From assembly GCA_010093995.1 (NCBI GenBank), contig ML992504.1, positions 1,725,394 to 1,789,393 of the forward strand: 64,000 bases of DNA, written 5' to 3'. Positions within the stretch are counted from its first letter, which is position 1, and each line of letters opens with the position of its first letter. Source of the DNA: Elsinoe ampelina (Eukaryota). Below, piece after piece: positions 14,501 to 25,786 of the stretch. The translations under genes were made by a program, and so were the position numbers. Below the pieces are notes generated by a model. The model was not told where the DNA came from and did not search any database. It worked only from the letters and a program-made list of their open reading frames with translations.

Positions 14501-16365
14501 CTTAAGAGTTAACTCTATTAACCTTGTAGAATTCTAACGTAGAGAAGAGCTAATAGTTTAATCTATATTACCTAATTATATAGGTTAATCACTTAAGAGA
14601 TTAAGAGATAAAGAATTTAATAATAAAGAGCCTAAGGTAAAGTATTATAGAGTATTTATTACTAAGTGTATTAATTAGCAAGATAAGGTTAATAAGATTA
14701 CTATAATAGTCTCTATTAAGTAATATGTCCTAATTCTAAGAGACTACTATAAGGCTATTACTAATCTAGTTTAGGGAAGCAAGTAGTAGAAAGCAATTAA
14801 TGTAGAGCTTAATACTTTAGGATTAAACAACACATAGGAAGAGGTTATCCCTCTAAAAGGATTAAACTTAGTAACATCTAAGTAGGTCTTTAATGTCAAG
14901 TATAACACGGATAGCTCTATTAAGAAGTTTAAGGCTAGACTTGTTACTAGAGGCTTCTTATAGAAGTATAGCATTAACTATAAAGACATATTTATACTAA
15001 CAGTTAGAGTAGATATACTAAGACTGTTCTTTGCTATTGTGTATATACTTAACCTTAAATGTCATTAGGTAGATGTTAATAATACCTTTATAGAATTATT
15101 CCTTAGGGAAGTAATTTACATAAGGCTACTACCTAGACTTAAGGTCTAACCTAGTATTGCCTTCTACATTCTTAGGAGCTTATATAGACTTAAGCAAGCT
15201 ACTAGAGATTAGAATTAGCACTGCATCTCTAAGCTTTTAAAGCTAGGCTTTACTTAGAGCGAAGTAGACCCCTATCTTCTTATGTACTATAATAAGAAGA
15301 TTATTCTCTCAGTTTATGTTAATAACATACTATTTGTAGTATAAAGCAAAGAGAACATCTAGTAGTTTAAGCAAGAGCTTAGTAGAATCTTTAAGATTAA
15401 GAATCTTAGTAAGGTTAGCAAAGTTCTTAGAGTTAAAGTTATAAGGGACAGATAATAAGGAACCTTAAGGCTTAACTAGACCTACTATGTGGATGATGTA
15501 CTATAGAGGCTTAACATGACCTCTAATAAGGCTACTCTAACAAAGCAGCTAATAGACAATAAGCTCCCTTAGAGAGCTTAGACTAAAGATATAAGGTTTA
15601 GTAGAACTAAGTACTTATATGCTATTAGAAGCTAAATGTACCTTAGTACCCTAACAAGACTAGACACTGCCTTTGCCTTAGAAGGGCTTAGTTAGTTTAT
15701 AGCAGATCTAATAGACAGCTATACTATTAAGATAAAGAGGATGTTAAGATACATTAGATTAACTAAAGATCTTAGTATAGTGTTTAGGAGGAATAGTAAT
15801 AAGACTCTTAAGGGATATTCTAATTTAGACTATGCCTTAGACAAGACAGATAGAGTCTCTATTCTTAGATACGTCTTTATACTTATAGGTAGTTCTATTA
15901 GCTAGATAAGTAGGAAGTAGAAGTCTATTTTAACCTCTACTATAGAGGCTAAATATATAGTAATATACTCTTGTATAAAGAAATTACAGTTCCTATCTTA
16001 GTTACTAAGAGACATAGGCTGTTATAAGATAGTTAGTTAATCACCTTAGAAGCTAACTATAAAGGAGTCTTAGAAAGCAATAATAAGATCACCCTTCACT
16101 ACTAAGATTAATAGTAATAACTAGGTAGCTCTTTTACTTGTAAAGGAGCTATATACTTATAAAAAGGCAAAACACATTAATGTTACTTACTACTACGTTA
16201 GGAGGCTATAAAGGGACTAGAGGATACAGGTTAAGTTTGTAAGGACAGTAGACATAGTAGCTAATAGGTTAACTAAGCTATTACAAGGTCAGAACTTTAC
16301 GAGGTTTATAAAGCAACTTAGCTTATTATTAACCTAATGGCTTATCTATAGGAGCTAAGTAGGAG

Positions 16366-16573
16366 TGTTAAGAATATAGCTCTCTCTAGATGATTAGACT
16401 AAGGCCCGAAGGTCATATAACTACAGGTCATGTAATGCTAAGTCCTAGGGATTTATAGCTGTTCTTTCTTTTAGTAGATAGACTCCTTAATCAATTAACT
16501 CGTCTATCACCTAACTAGTGTACGGATTGGTTCTATATAATACTCCACCCCTAAACGTGCCTTCCGCTCAACA
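16366..16573 (+). repeat. Copia 3' LTR
   Basis: TGTTAAGAATAT...CCGCTCAACA; nine transition differences from the 5' LTR by manual alignment. Confidence 0.96.
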
Positions 16574-18166
16574 ATTAACTTAGTTACTTAACTCGGCTAA
16601 GCGATCCTAGAGCTACTATATCTTCTCTATAGTACTAATATATATAGGGCATATAGTAGTATAAGTAGCCTTCTTTAAAGTACTAGCTATATACTTAGTA
16701 GAGATATAGCTAGGTTTACTACATATATAGTAGGTAAGTGCCTAAGTTAGATAGAAAGGCTATAGAGCGCCTCTAGTAATAGAGTAGAAGGTAGCTAGAG
16801 TAGTAAGTATAGAGGTAGAATAAGATATATAAGTAGGGGTAGTAGTAGTATAGCTTATAGCTAGGCTAGGGCGTAAAGCCTAGGTATACTTAGTAATAAG
16901 GTTACTCTACTAAATATTATAATTAGTAGTATAAGCCTTTATAATAAAGGTAGAGAGGCTATTAGTATTAAAGTTAATAAGGGCGGCGCGTAGCTTACTA
17001 GATATCTTCTACTAAAGCTAGTAGAGCTATTTGTCTTTAGTAATCTTAGCGTAGAGAGTATACTTATTAAACTTACTAATAAAGGAGTTAAAGGAGGCGT
17101 TATACTAGAAGAGAGTAGTAAACTAAGTACGTACTATAGCCTTATAGTTAGGGTCCTTAAAGCGTTAGGCTAGAAGAGTAAGAGTCTTATCGACGCTAAT
17201 AGTATTATTACTAGTAGTATCTATAATAAGGGTATACGCTTTACTAGAGAGGTATAAGTATAGGTAGGTAAACTAGGTAGCCTTAGTAGAGAAGTAGTTA
17301 GCGTTAGTATATATCTTGTTCTTTATCTAATATTTAAAGACCTTAAACTATTCTAGAGTACTACTAGAGAAGATAGTAGAGTCTAGTATCTTCTTTAATA
17401 ATATAATACTACGTATAGAAGAGGCTAGTATAGTATATTCTATCTTAGCTCTTAGCTAGGCTAGTTTAGTTTTAAGTTTACTAATATTAGCGAGGTAGTA
17501 TATAGCCTAGGTAGTAAGATTATTAGTAGTACTATTAGCTATATCTAGTTTAATAAGAATGTTATCTAACTAGTTATATAGATTAAGAGTATCGAAATAT
17601 ACTAAGTTATATATAGTAATCTATTTATTATAGGTAGACTTAATAAAGACAAAGGCCTTATATAGAGTAATTATACTATCTAACTCTTATAATCTCTTCT
17701 TTAGGTTAGAGTTATTAAGGCGGATAAGGTTATAATAGAATAACTAGATAGGTTTATTATTATTATTAGTAGAGAGTAGAGGGATCTTACTTACGTAATA
17801 GTTGTCGTTGCTATAGTTAGAGTAAGCTATACTTAGCGTAGTTAGTCGTAAATAAAATAGTATAAAAAGTTAATATATAACAAAGAGAATATTAAAATTT
17901 TTAGCTAGTAGCTTACTTTCTTTAAGAGTTATCTATAACTCGACTTATTACCTTCTTCTTATATCTTTAGAGTTTATAGTATTAACCTATATAGTAGTAG
18001 TAAGGATCTATTATAGTGTACGCGGGAACTATAGTTATAATAGCTTCTTCTTTAATTCTTTAATTCTTTATAAGTAGTAGTTATTAGTAGTTACGTAAGT
18101 AGTAGAGTAACTAGATAATTTAATAGCTCTATTGCTTAGTTATAGTTATTTAAAGTCTTAATATAG

Positions 18167-18368
18167 TAATTACAACTAGTAAGATAAGAAGTTAATTATG
18201 TCTATTTATTAAGATATTAAGACTTAGAAGAAGAAGAAGAAAGCTAGAATATAAAGTATATATAATATTAAGAGTAGAGTAGCTAGAAGCCTAGGCTACG
18301 ATACTAAGATTACGTAACTAATCTAAACTAAATCCTAACTGAATCTAGTTTGTATCTATCTTATATTA
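18167..18368 (-). repeat. Gypsy 5' LTR (inner copy)
   Basis: Reverse complement of 1504-1705 and adjoined by the same leader sequence. Confidence 0.88.
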
Positions 18369-18569
18369 CTATATAGAAAACTAGTTACTTACGTAAGCTA
18401 GAAGAGCTACTCTAAGGATCTTACCTAGTAGCTAATTAACAATCTTAAAGGAGCTACTAATGTGCTATATAATTATCTAGACTCTTATATAGATAAACTA
18501 AGGCTAATATAGATTAATAGGTAATATATAATAGTATTTAAAGGTAAATATACTTAAGAGAGAAGGTAG

Positions 18570-18771
18570 TAATATAAGATAGATATAAACTAGATTTAGT
18601 TAAGCCTTAGTTTAGATTAGTTACGTAATCTTAGTACTATAGCTCGGGCTTCTAGCTACTCTACTCTTAATATTATATATGCTTTATATACTAGCTTTCT
18701 TCTTTTTCTTCTAAGTCTTAATATTTTAATAAATAGATATAATTAACTTCTTATCTTACTAGTCGTAATTA
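18570..18771 (+). repeat. Gypsy 3' LTR (outer copy)
   Basis: Direct repeat of 1504-1705, preceded by a PPT and followed by TSD AAATT. Confidence 0.88.
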
Positions 18772-19170
18772 AAATTAAATAGTTTAAGCACTTAACTAAG
18801 TATTACTATCGCTTAGTAGACTAGGTGTTTACTCTAAGTTCGAGAGTAGTAATAATCTTCTAGTAGCTAATAAAGTGCATAATTATATTATATATATACT
18901 AGGATATATAGTTAATTACTGTTTATTAGTCTTGTAACTGCCCTTAGGCTAAGGAGTTAGAGATTATTCAGAAATAGTAGAATTATCGTCTAGTAGTAGT
19001 AACGCTATAGAGAAGTTAAGTAAATTAGTAAGGGCGCGCTAATAGCTAATTTAAGCTTAGGTGGAAATATTAGTTGATAGGGACATTAGTACACCCTTAA
19101 ATCCTATACCAGTTAGTTATCTAGCTTAATTACAGCTTCATAGGGGGTGTAAACCGTGTTAGGAGTAGTG
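18772..19170 (-). mobile_element. Remaining arm of the host element interrupted at 1503, ending in a CACTA-like terminus
   Basis: The matching TSD makes this segment contiguous with 1-1503. RIP composition ends at ...GGAGTAGTG (CACTACTCC on the minus strand). Confidence 0.45.
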
Positions 19171-20538
19171 TTTGGGGGTAAATTGGTGTCTGGTCACGCA
19201 AATTCACAGAGGGCTTGCCAAGCTTATCCCGCGATTTTTGGGCACAAGAATACTAGACTCGTTTGAGCAATCCAAGCGACAATGCTTGCACCAGTGTTAT
19301 CCTTTTCTTCTTCATCCCGGTCTTCTTCACGTCATTCATGTCACACATGTTCTGAAGATGCTAACGAATAATAACACTGTTGCGGATGGAAGTATGGCGG
19401 GTGATAAAGATGCTGGAGCAGGAGCAATAGCAATTTGCCCTTTGAATGGTTTACAGCCAGCCAGTGTTACCTCAACACTTCATCTTCGCCGCAAACCCCA
19501 CACACGTCAAAAATTCGACCATTCACGTTCAAAGTCACATCATCATCTTGCCCCATGGTCTTATCTTCACTTCTTCTTCTGTACTTCCCAAAAAGAGATG
19601 GCAGCATACGTATTCCTTGGTTTTTGCTTGACTCTGCCTTTCTGTCTGATACCACCTCACCAAGCGAGACACAGGAGACTTCAGTAGCGGCGTTTCCGTA
19701 CGACGTTATGCGATCGTCGTCTACCATCATACCCACCAAGCATGCCGACATGATCAAGCTTCTGGAGAAGCATGATATTCGTCAACTCAATTGGTCAAAA
19801 CCATTGCGCAAGCTTTGTCCAAGCTTCTAGCACCAATGCTTCGAAAGCTTATCCATTTGATCACAAGGGGCGACTAGCAAACGCGCCGGCAAATTGCGAT
19901 ATCTAAGCGATTTGACCTGCCGATCACAGCATCCCACGATTCTGCTTTTTCGTCGGAAACTCTCGTTGTCGCTTCAATTGGTCCAGACACCCTCCTGAAT
20001 GCTGTCGAATGAATCCTACCACTCCACGGATCGACTCGTCCCGACTTCTCACTGGTTGTCACCTCAAGCTCAAGCTTTGCCAGGAACAGCAGGTGCCCTG
20101 AAACGATCGGCGAATCCCTCCCGACTTCATGTCCTCTTGGTTGGCCACCTTGAACAACAAGTAATCAGATGCCTCGTTCACTCGTTTCGCCAGTGACACC
20201 AGTGGGGGCTTCTAGGACTGTTTTCCGGAACACGGGATCTACTGTGCATAGACGGGCGAACACCTTGCTCCCAGGCCTGACCCTTTCGGGCAGGTTCTGC
20301 TTCTTCGCTTTGATGCTACCATGCTCGTGATACTGGCGTGATGATCAGCAGGGTAATGTTGATAGCACACGACGGCAACATGGCCGACGGTGGCTGACAT
20401 GAAGGACCGTGGCGAGCCGTCTGTTGTCTGTATAAGTATCTTCAAATTCCCCTGTCAATCACTGATCAGCCAGCAACATCTTTCAGTTGAACAGTAAAGA
20501 TCTCGACCTCATCTCTCTTCTCACTATCACCACCCACC

Positions 20539-21787
20539 ATGCACGGTACTCAGACCTCCGCCATTGTGGCAGCCCTCGTTGGTTTGTCCATGGCTGCTCC
20601 TGCCACTGAGGTCATTGGAAAGAAGACTTTCACTGTCCACCAAGTTGCCGCTGGCCCAAGGAAGGCCCTCCACCCCGCCAAGTCCATCCTCAACACTTAT
20701 GCCAAGTACGGCAAGCTCGACGCCGCTCCAGCAGACGTCAAGGCCGCAGCTGCTGCTCAGCAAGGCACTGTCGCTGCCAACCCGGAAGACAACGATATCG
20801 TAAGTAGTCCTGACCTTTCGATTGGGGACGCACAGCTGACACATGCAGTCTTACCTTAGCCCCGTCACTGTTGGCGGCAATGTCCTCAATCTCGACTTCG
20901 ACACTGGCTCGTCTGATCTCTGGGTCTACTCTACCCTCCAGTCCTCATCCCAGACTTCCGGCCACGCAGTTTACAACCCATCCACCAGCGGTACGCTCAA
21001 GTCAGGTTACACCTGGAAGATCAGCTACGGTGATGGCTCTGGTGCTGCCGGCCGTGTCTACGCCGACAAGGTCGTCGTTGGTGGTGTGACCGCCACTTCC
21101 CAGGCCGTCGAGGCTGCTACCTCCGTCTCCGCACAGTTCCAGCAGGATGTGGACAATGACGGACTTCTTGGTCTCGCTTTCAGCAGCATCAACACCGTCT
21201 CTCCCACCAAGCAGACCACATTCTTCGACACCGTCAAGTCCACCCTCTCCGCCCCTCTCTTCGCCGTCCGCCTCAGGAAGGGTGCCGCCGGATCCTACGA
21301 CTTCGGCTTCATCGACTCGACCAAGTACACCGGCTCCATCAGCTACACCGCTGTTGACAACTCCCGAGGCTTCTGGGGCTTCACCGCCGGCGGCTACCAA
21401 GTCGGCTCTTCCGCCGCCGTCAGCACCAGCATCGGTTCATCCATCGCCGACACCGGTACCACCCTCCTCTACCTCCCCGCCTCCGTCGTCCGTGCCTACT
21501 ACGCCCAGGTCTCCGGCGCCACCAACTCTGCTACCCAGGGTGGTTACATCTTCTCCTGCTCCGCTACTCTGCCCAACTTCACTGTCAAGATTGGCGCCGG
21601 CAGCTACACTGTTCCGGGCAGCTACATCAACTACGCCCCTCTCGGTAACGGACAGTGCTTCGGTGGTATCCAGAGCAACGCTGGTATCGGTCTCACCATC
21701 TTCGGTGACATCTTCCTCAAGTCGGTCTATGCTGTCTTTGACCAGACCACTGGTAGCCCACGACTTGGTTTCGCCAAGGGCGCATAA
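20539..21787 (+). CDS. Secreted A1 aspartic protease (aspergillopepsin/penicillopepsin-like)
   Basis: Signal peptide and propeptide. Intron 20800-20848. Catalytic motifs [10 protein letters not shown] and [15 protein letters not shown] near the C-terminus. Confidence 0.96.
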
Positions 21788-22255
21788 ACGGCTTTTACTG
21801 CGCAAGGCATGGAGCAGGGGCCGATTGGTGTTAGTCGAGCTGTGAATGAGACGAGAACTGGCATGGAGATGGAGATTGATTGTAGATATGACGATATCTT
21901 TCAAAAGTGAATATTGGAATGAATGATATATCCCAGAAAGATGATGACGATGAACTGTGCCAAACATCCTTCGCTTTTCATGTACAATGCGACTTGACTT
22001 CTCAGCACTGATGGCGAGTCATATCAGCTCGTCATTGACCATACTATGCTCTTAACTCTCTACCGACAATGTACCTCCGAATACAATGTCGACTGAAGGA
22101 AGATGGAGACGACGCAATGTAACGACCCACACTGGAGCGGACATACGGATAGTGATAAAGTGTCTTGTCAAGAAGAGAATATATACATAAAAGTACTTCA
22201 AGCACAATCATGAGACAAGTATGTACGAAGAAACCCCTCCTTCCTTTCACACCCC

Positions 22256-24673
22256 CTAGTTCAACCCGGAGATATACTCCCATGCCCTTTCCGCCGCCGC
22301 CACAATGAGTGCCGAGGGGTTCGTACTCACCATTCCAGGGAAGATACTCGCATCGACGACGAAAATCTGTCCACGTCAGCTTATATCCCTCGTCCGCCCT
22401 CGCCCACGGGCAGCAAGAAATGAGGATCGTTCACTCACATTATCAGTCCCATAAACCTTCGTACTCGTATCCACCACCGCCGTGCCCCCACTCAACCCAC
22501 TATCCGTCCCCATCTTCGCCGTCCCCATCCAATGATTCGCCGACCGCGCCGCCGGACTATCCGGCACTCCCGCCACAAAACTCTCCACACTAACCCCCGC
22601 AGCAGGCTGCAACACCGTGATCCTCGGGTTCTTGGCCAACGCGGCAATCACGTTCTTGATGCCCTGCACGATGGCATCCCTGTCGCCTTGCGTGTTCACG
22701 AACGGGTTCTGCGCGATGTTGATCGTGAGGTCCTTGTTGATGGTGAGTTTACCCCGGGATGTCTTCCCCCGCCCGAGGTACTGGGAGAGCACCATCGAGG
22801 TGTTGTCGGCGAAACCGGGGGCGCCTTCCACGCGGGCGGTCCATTGGAGTTGCCTCGCGATGCCGTCCGAAGAAGGCGTGATGGACTCGAAGAAGACGGG
22901 GCCGATGTTGGGGGCTGATTGCGCGAGGATGCCGCTGCGGGAATTGAGGTAGGCGGTCTTGTCCGCCGCGATGGGCGAGTCCCACGCGGCGTAGAAGTCG
23001 TAGAAGACGCTGTCTTGGCTGCGGATGACGAGGTCGGTGTTGGTGTGGTCGATGAGGTTGGAGCCGACGGGGAGGTTGATCCAGGAGGACGAGGGGATCA
23101 TGGTGGCGCCGTCGGTGGAGGATTTGACAATGTTGAGTTGGTCGGTGGGACCGATGCCGGAGCGGAAGAGGATCTTGGTCGTGCCGAAGGTGCCGGCCGA
23201 GAGGATCACTTTGCCGTTGGTGGAGAGCTTGATGGTGCCGCATTTGCCGTCGGCGGAGGTGGCTTCGATTTCAACGCCGGTGGCCTTGGAGCCGGTGCGG
23301 AGGACACGCTTGACGGCGGTGTTGGTGAGGAGCTTGAAGTTGCTGCGTTTGGAGGCTTCGAGGAGGTAGGTGGCCATTGGACCGCCGCGCTCACCGTTAG
23401 CGAACATGTAGGGGGTTTGGGTGAAGACACGATTCTTGCTGGCGGGAGAGGCATTGGCGTCGACTTGAGACCAGCCTGCTGCGGAGAGGGCGGTGGCGAT
23501 AGAAGAGAAGCCTTGACGGAGGTAGGTCTTGCCATCCTTGGATGGGATGTATGTGCCTGGAATCTTCTGGAATACACGGTAGATAGCTTGTTTTACTTCT
23601 TGAGACCGCCATCCAGGTGGGAATTGGTCAAAGTCGGCAGGGGTAGCCTTCCACCAGAGACCAGCGTTGACAGCAGTGCCACCACCGAGCACACAGCCAG
23701 CCATGGTTGGAGCGTCAGGACAGGCGATGCCGGCAGAGTCCTTCCAGATCTGGTTGCACAGACCAGGTACATCGAAACGTGTAAGACCAGTGCCGGACAA
23801 CCATGCTGGTCCCAGCTTGCCACCCCAGCGACCGACAGACGGTGGACCTCTCTCAAGGAGGAGTACCTTCTTGCCACCTTCTGAAAGCTTGGCCGCGATT
23901 GGGATACCACCCGCACCGGCACCGGCGATGATGTAGTCGTAGGTGTCGGTAGGTGCAGCTTGGTTCGTCTTGCAAGCAGTCGACGCCGCGGTAGTCGTTG
24001 TTGGCTTGGCCGTTGTGGTAGGTGCTGCAGTCGCGAGGTTCTGCCAGCTGGTGTATGACGGGTTGCGTGCGCTTGCAGCGGGCTGGACAGCGATACCAAA
24101 GTAGTTGTGTTGCTGGAAGAGCGAGTTGACATCAGATGGCGTCAATGGATTCTCGCTGTGAGCCGCCCAACCAATGACTTGGACACCATCGTCGGTCGGT
24201 GGAATGGCAGAACCGGAGGCACCTCCAGGCTGAGCCCAAGTCCAGCAGCGGACACAACGGTAGATGATCTCGAGCTGAGTGCTGGTGACTGACGACGAGA
24301 TAGGGATGAGTGTAGCGTTCCCGTTGTAGACTGCAGGCTGGTCGTATGTCGAGGCGATGCGGAAGGATGTCATGACCTTGCCAGCACTGGGCCAGACGGT
24401 GAGCAAAAGGTTGTTCGTCATAGACCCGCCATGGGCAACACCACCCCAACCGGCACCATTGGTCAGACCGACGACGAGATGACCGATGTATTCATCCTGA
24501 TACTGGGACTGAGTGGTAGCCGGCAAGGAGATACCAAACTTGAAGCCATTTGGACCTGCTTGACCACTCAGATCCTGTTCCCAGAACTTGATACCGGTCT
24601 TGGAGTCAGTGTAGGAGGCTTGCTGAGCCACAACAACAGCGGCCAATAGGCCCAAGAAGAGAACAAAGACCAT
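22256..24673 (-). CDS. cdh: Cellobiose dehydrogenase (AA8 cytochrome + AA3_1 flavin domain), no CBM1
   Basis: Signal peptide MVFVLFLGLL. Cytochrome domain with candidate heme ligands (GGSMTN, QQHNY). Thr-rich linker, GAGAGG FAD motif and ANHWMGT. Intron 22367-22438 leads to IFVVDASIFPGMVSTNPSALIVAAAERAWEYISGLN*. Confidence 0.96.
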
Positions 24674-25786
24674 GTTGACCAGGCTGCAGGTCGAACGAGA
24701 GAAGAGTGAAAGTAGATTGCCCGGCACTCACATTTGTAGACGACAGAGGCGTATTCTTATAAAGCCAAGAAAGGACAATTTCTTTTCACGGCATGCATTG
24801 ATCCAGACCTTGTCACGTATCCCGGATGGTGGCATGCAGTGCAGGCTGTTTTGATGGTGGCAGCTCCGCCTAAGCACTCCGTGATTAGATGAGGTTAGTG
24901 GCTGGAGACGTCAAGCTTGACAGGTGAAATGAGGGTGGAGATGTGAAACAATGACCCTGTCAGTTACGAAGTTGTATGCTGTGCGACTTCTACAATACCC
25001 AGCTCGCATGCATTGTGGAATGCACAAGGACAAGAAAGTCGTGGTTGACTCTATGCGCGTCTTGTGTTTCTGTGTATAGATGTGTTTCGGAATGCTGATC
25101 GGTAAGGGGTCTGGCGTGAGGACGGTGTATCACGGGGAGGTGTCTGAATTGACCCGCATTCTGTCCGGAGGAAGTGCAGGCATAGCAGCGCTTTTAGCCG
25201 CGCCGCCTTGTTGTAAGCGTATCCTTTGCAGGACTGATTGGTGCAAATGCATATACCCCTGGCACGTGAACAATTTGCAATTGTGCTTCGGGATGATATC
25301 CGAAAGCCATGATTGGCAATGTGGAAAGAGTTTTGGCTGCATGTTCGGCACAAGGCGTGCAGATTCAACTTGTGGAAGAAGGCGAAGTATCATGTTGGGT
25401 GCGGCGTCCGGGGATTGTCGACAATGGCTGATTTGACATTGCGGCTGAACTCTCTTGGTCCCAGCCTCGGTCCATCCGGTGCGCAATATCATGATGGAAT
25501 ATATCTGGTCGGTCAATGGTGATTTGAAGTGCCATGTATTGAGGTGAACCGGCGAGAAGCACGTGAGAAAAGTTGAGCTTTGTGATGTTCCTTTTACCAA
25601 ATCCAAAAATGCCAAGCATTCGAGCAGGTGCCTTTCCTCTTTTCTTCTCTCCCGTCCCCGCCCTGACCGTTTCCTCTCGAACAGAATAATCAACCGCAAA
25701 TTCATCTTGAATCAGTCTTGCAAACGTCGCACCGCCAGGTCACGAATCGACTACGATACAGATAGTCATCAGCCGTCGCCGCCAAA

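Larger units (their letters stand above)
11308..16573 (+). mobile_element. Complete Ty1/Copia LTR retrotransposon, RIP-inactivated
   Basis: 208-bp TG...CA LTRs, perfect ATTAA TSD, GGTTATAAGCCC PBS-like motif after the 5' LTR and a purine tract before the 3' LTR. Domain order: gag/CCHC knuckle, protease (WMLDSG-like ~12893), integrase (LWHRRF-like, HTDICGP-like), RT (KARLVARGF-like ~14930; YVDD-like ~15315), RNase H (GYSDSDYA-like ~15812). Confidence 0.96.
6871..18368 (-). mobile_element. Full-length RIP-mutated Ty3/Gypsy chromovirus interrupted by a Copia element
   Basis: LTRs at 6871-7073 and 18167-18368. Minus-strand order is gag, protease (LIDTG-like ~11026-11040), RT (RLCVDYRGLN-like ~9975-10005; YLDDILIY-like ~9680-9705), RNase H, integrase, chromodomain (YVSWKGYPEDLTW-like ~7214-7252). 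Confidence 0.92.
1504..18771 (+). mobile_element. Outer Ty3/Gypsy LTR retrotransposon (internally deleted, RIP-mutated), host to nested insertions
   Basis: 202-bp direct LTRs at 1504-1705 and 18570-18771. Flanks AAATC/AAATT match as a 5-bp TSD with one RIP-type C>T. The gag-like region to ~3510 matches the minus-strand copy at 16850-18166. Chromodomain end and polypurine tract (AGAGAGAAGG) lie just before the 3' LTR. Confidence 0.85.
1..19170. repeat. AT-rich block of RIP-mutated nested transposable elements
   Basis: Strong excess of TpA and depletion of CpA/TpG. Only one spurious ORF in 19 kb of the track. Transposon motifs are readable after reversing C>T/G>A changes. Abrupt switch to balanced composition at ~19170. 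Confidence 0.97.

Noticed and set aside
14771..14974. 67-aa minus-strand ORF in the AT-rich block
   Set aside because: Antisense to the Copia reverse transcriptase relic.
1504..18771. Dispersed ~200-bp repeats as a CRISPR or satellite array
   Set aside because: They are retrotransposon LTRs with PPT and TSD context in a eukaryotic genome.
19172..20445. Several short ORFs next to the TE boundary
   Set aside because: No recognisable domain, coding bias or consistent splice model.
22325..22330. Apparent second CDH intron donor GTGAGT
   Set aside because: Reading through gives the conserved VSTNPSALIV motif and a normal stop, so no intron is needed.
22919..23884. Long antisense or alternative-frame ORFs (also 45576-46919, 34813-35775, 21147-21845)
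   Set aside because: Shadows of GC-rich codon usage in the real overlapping genes.
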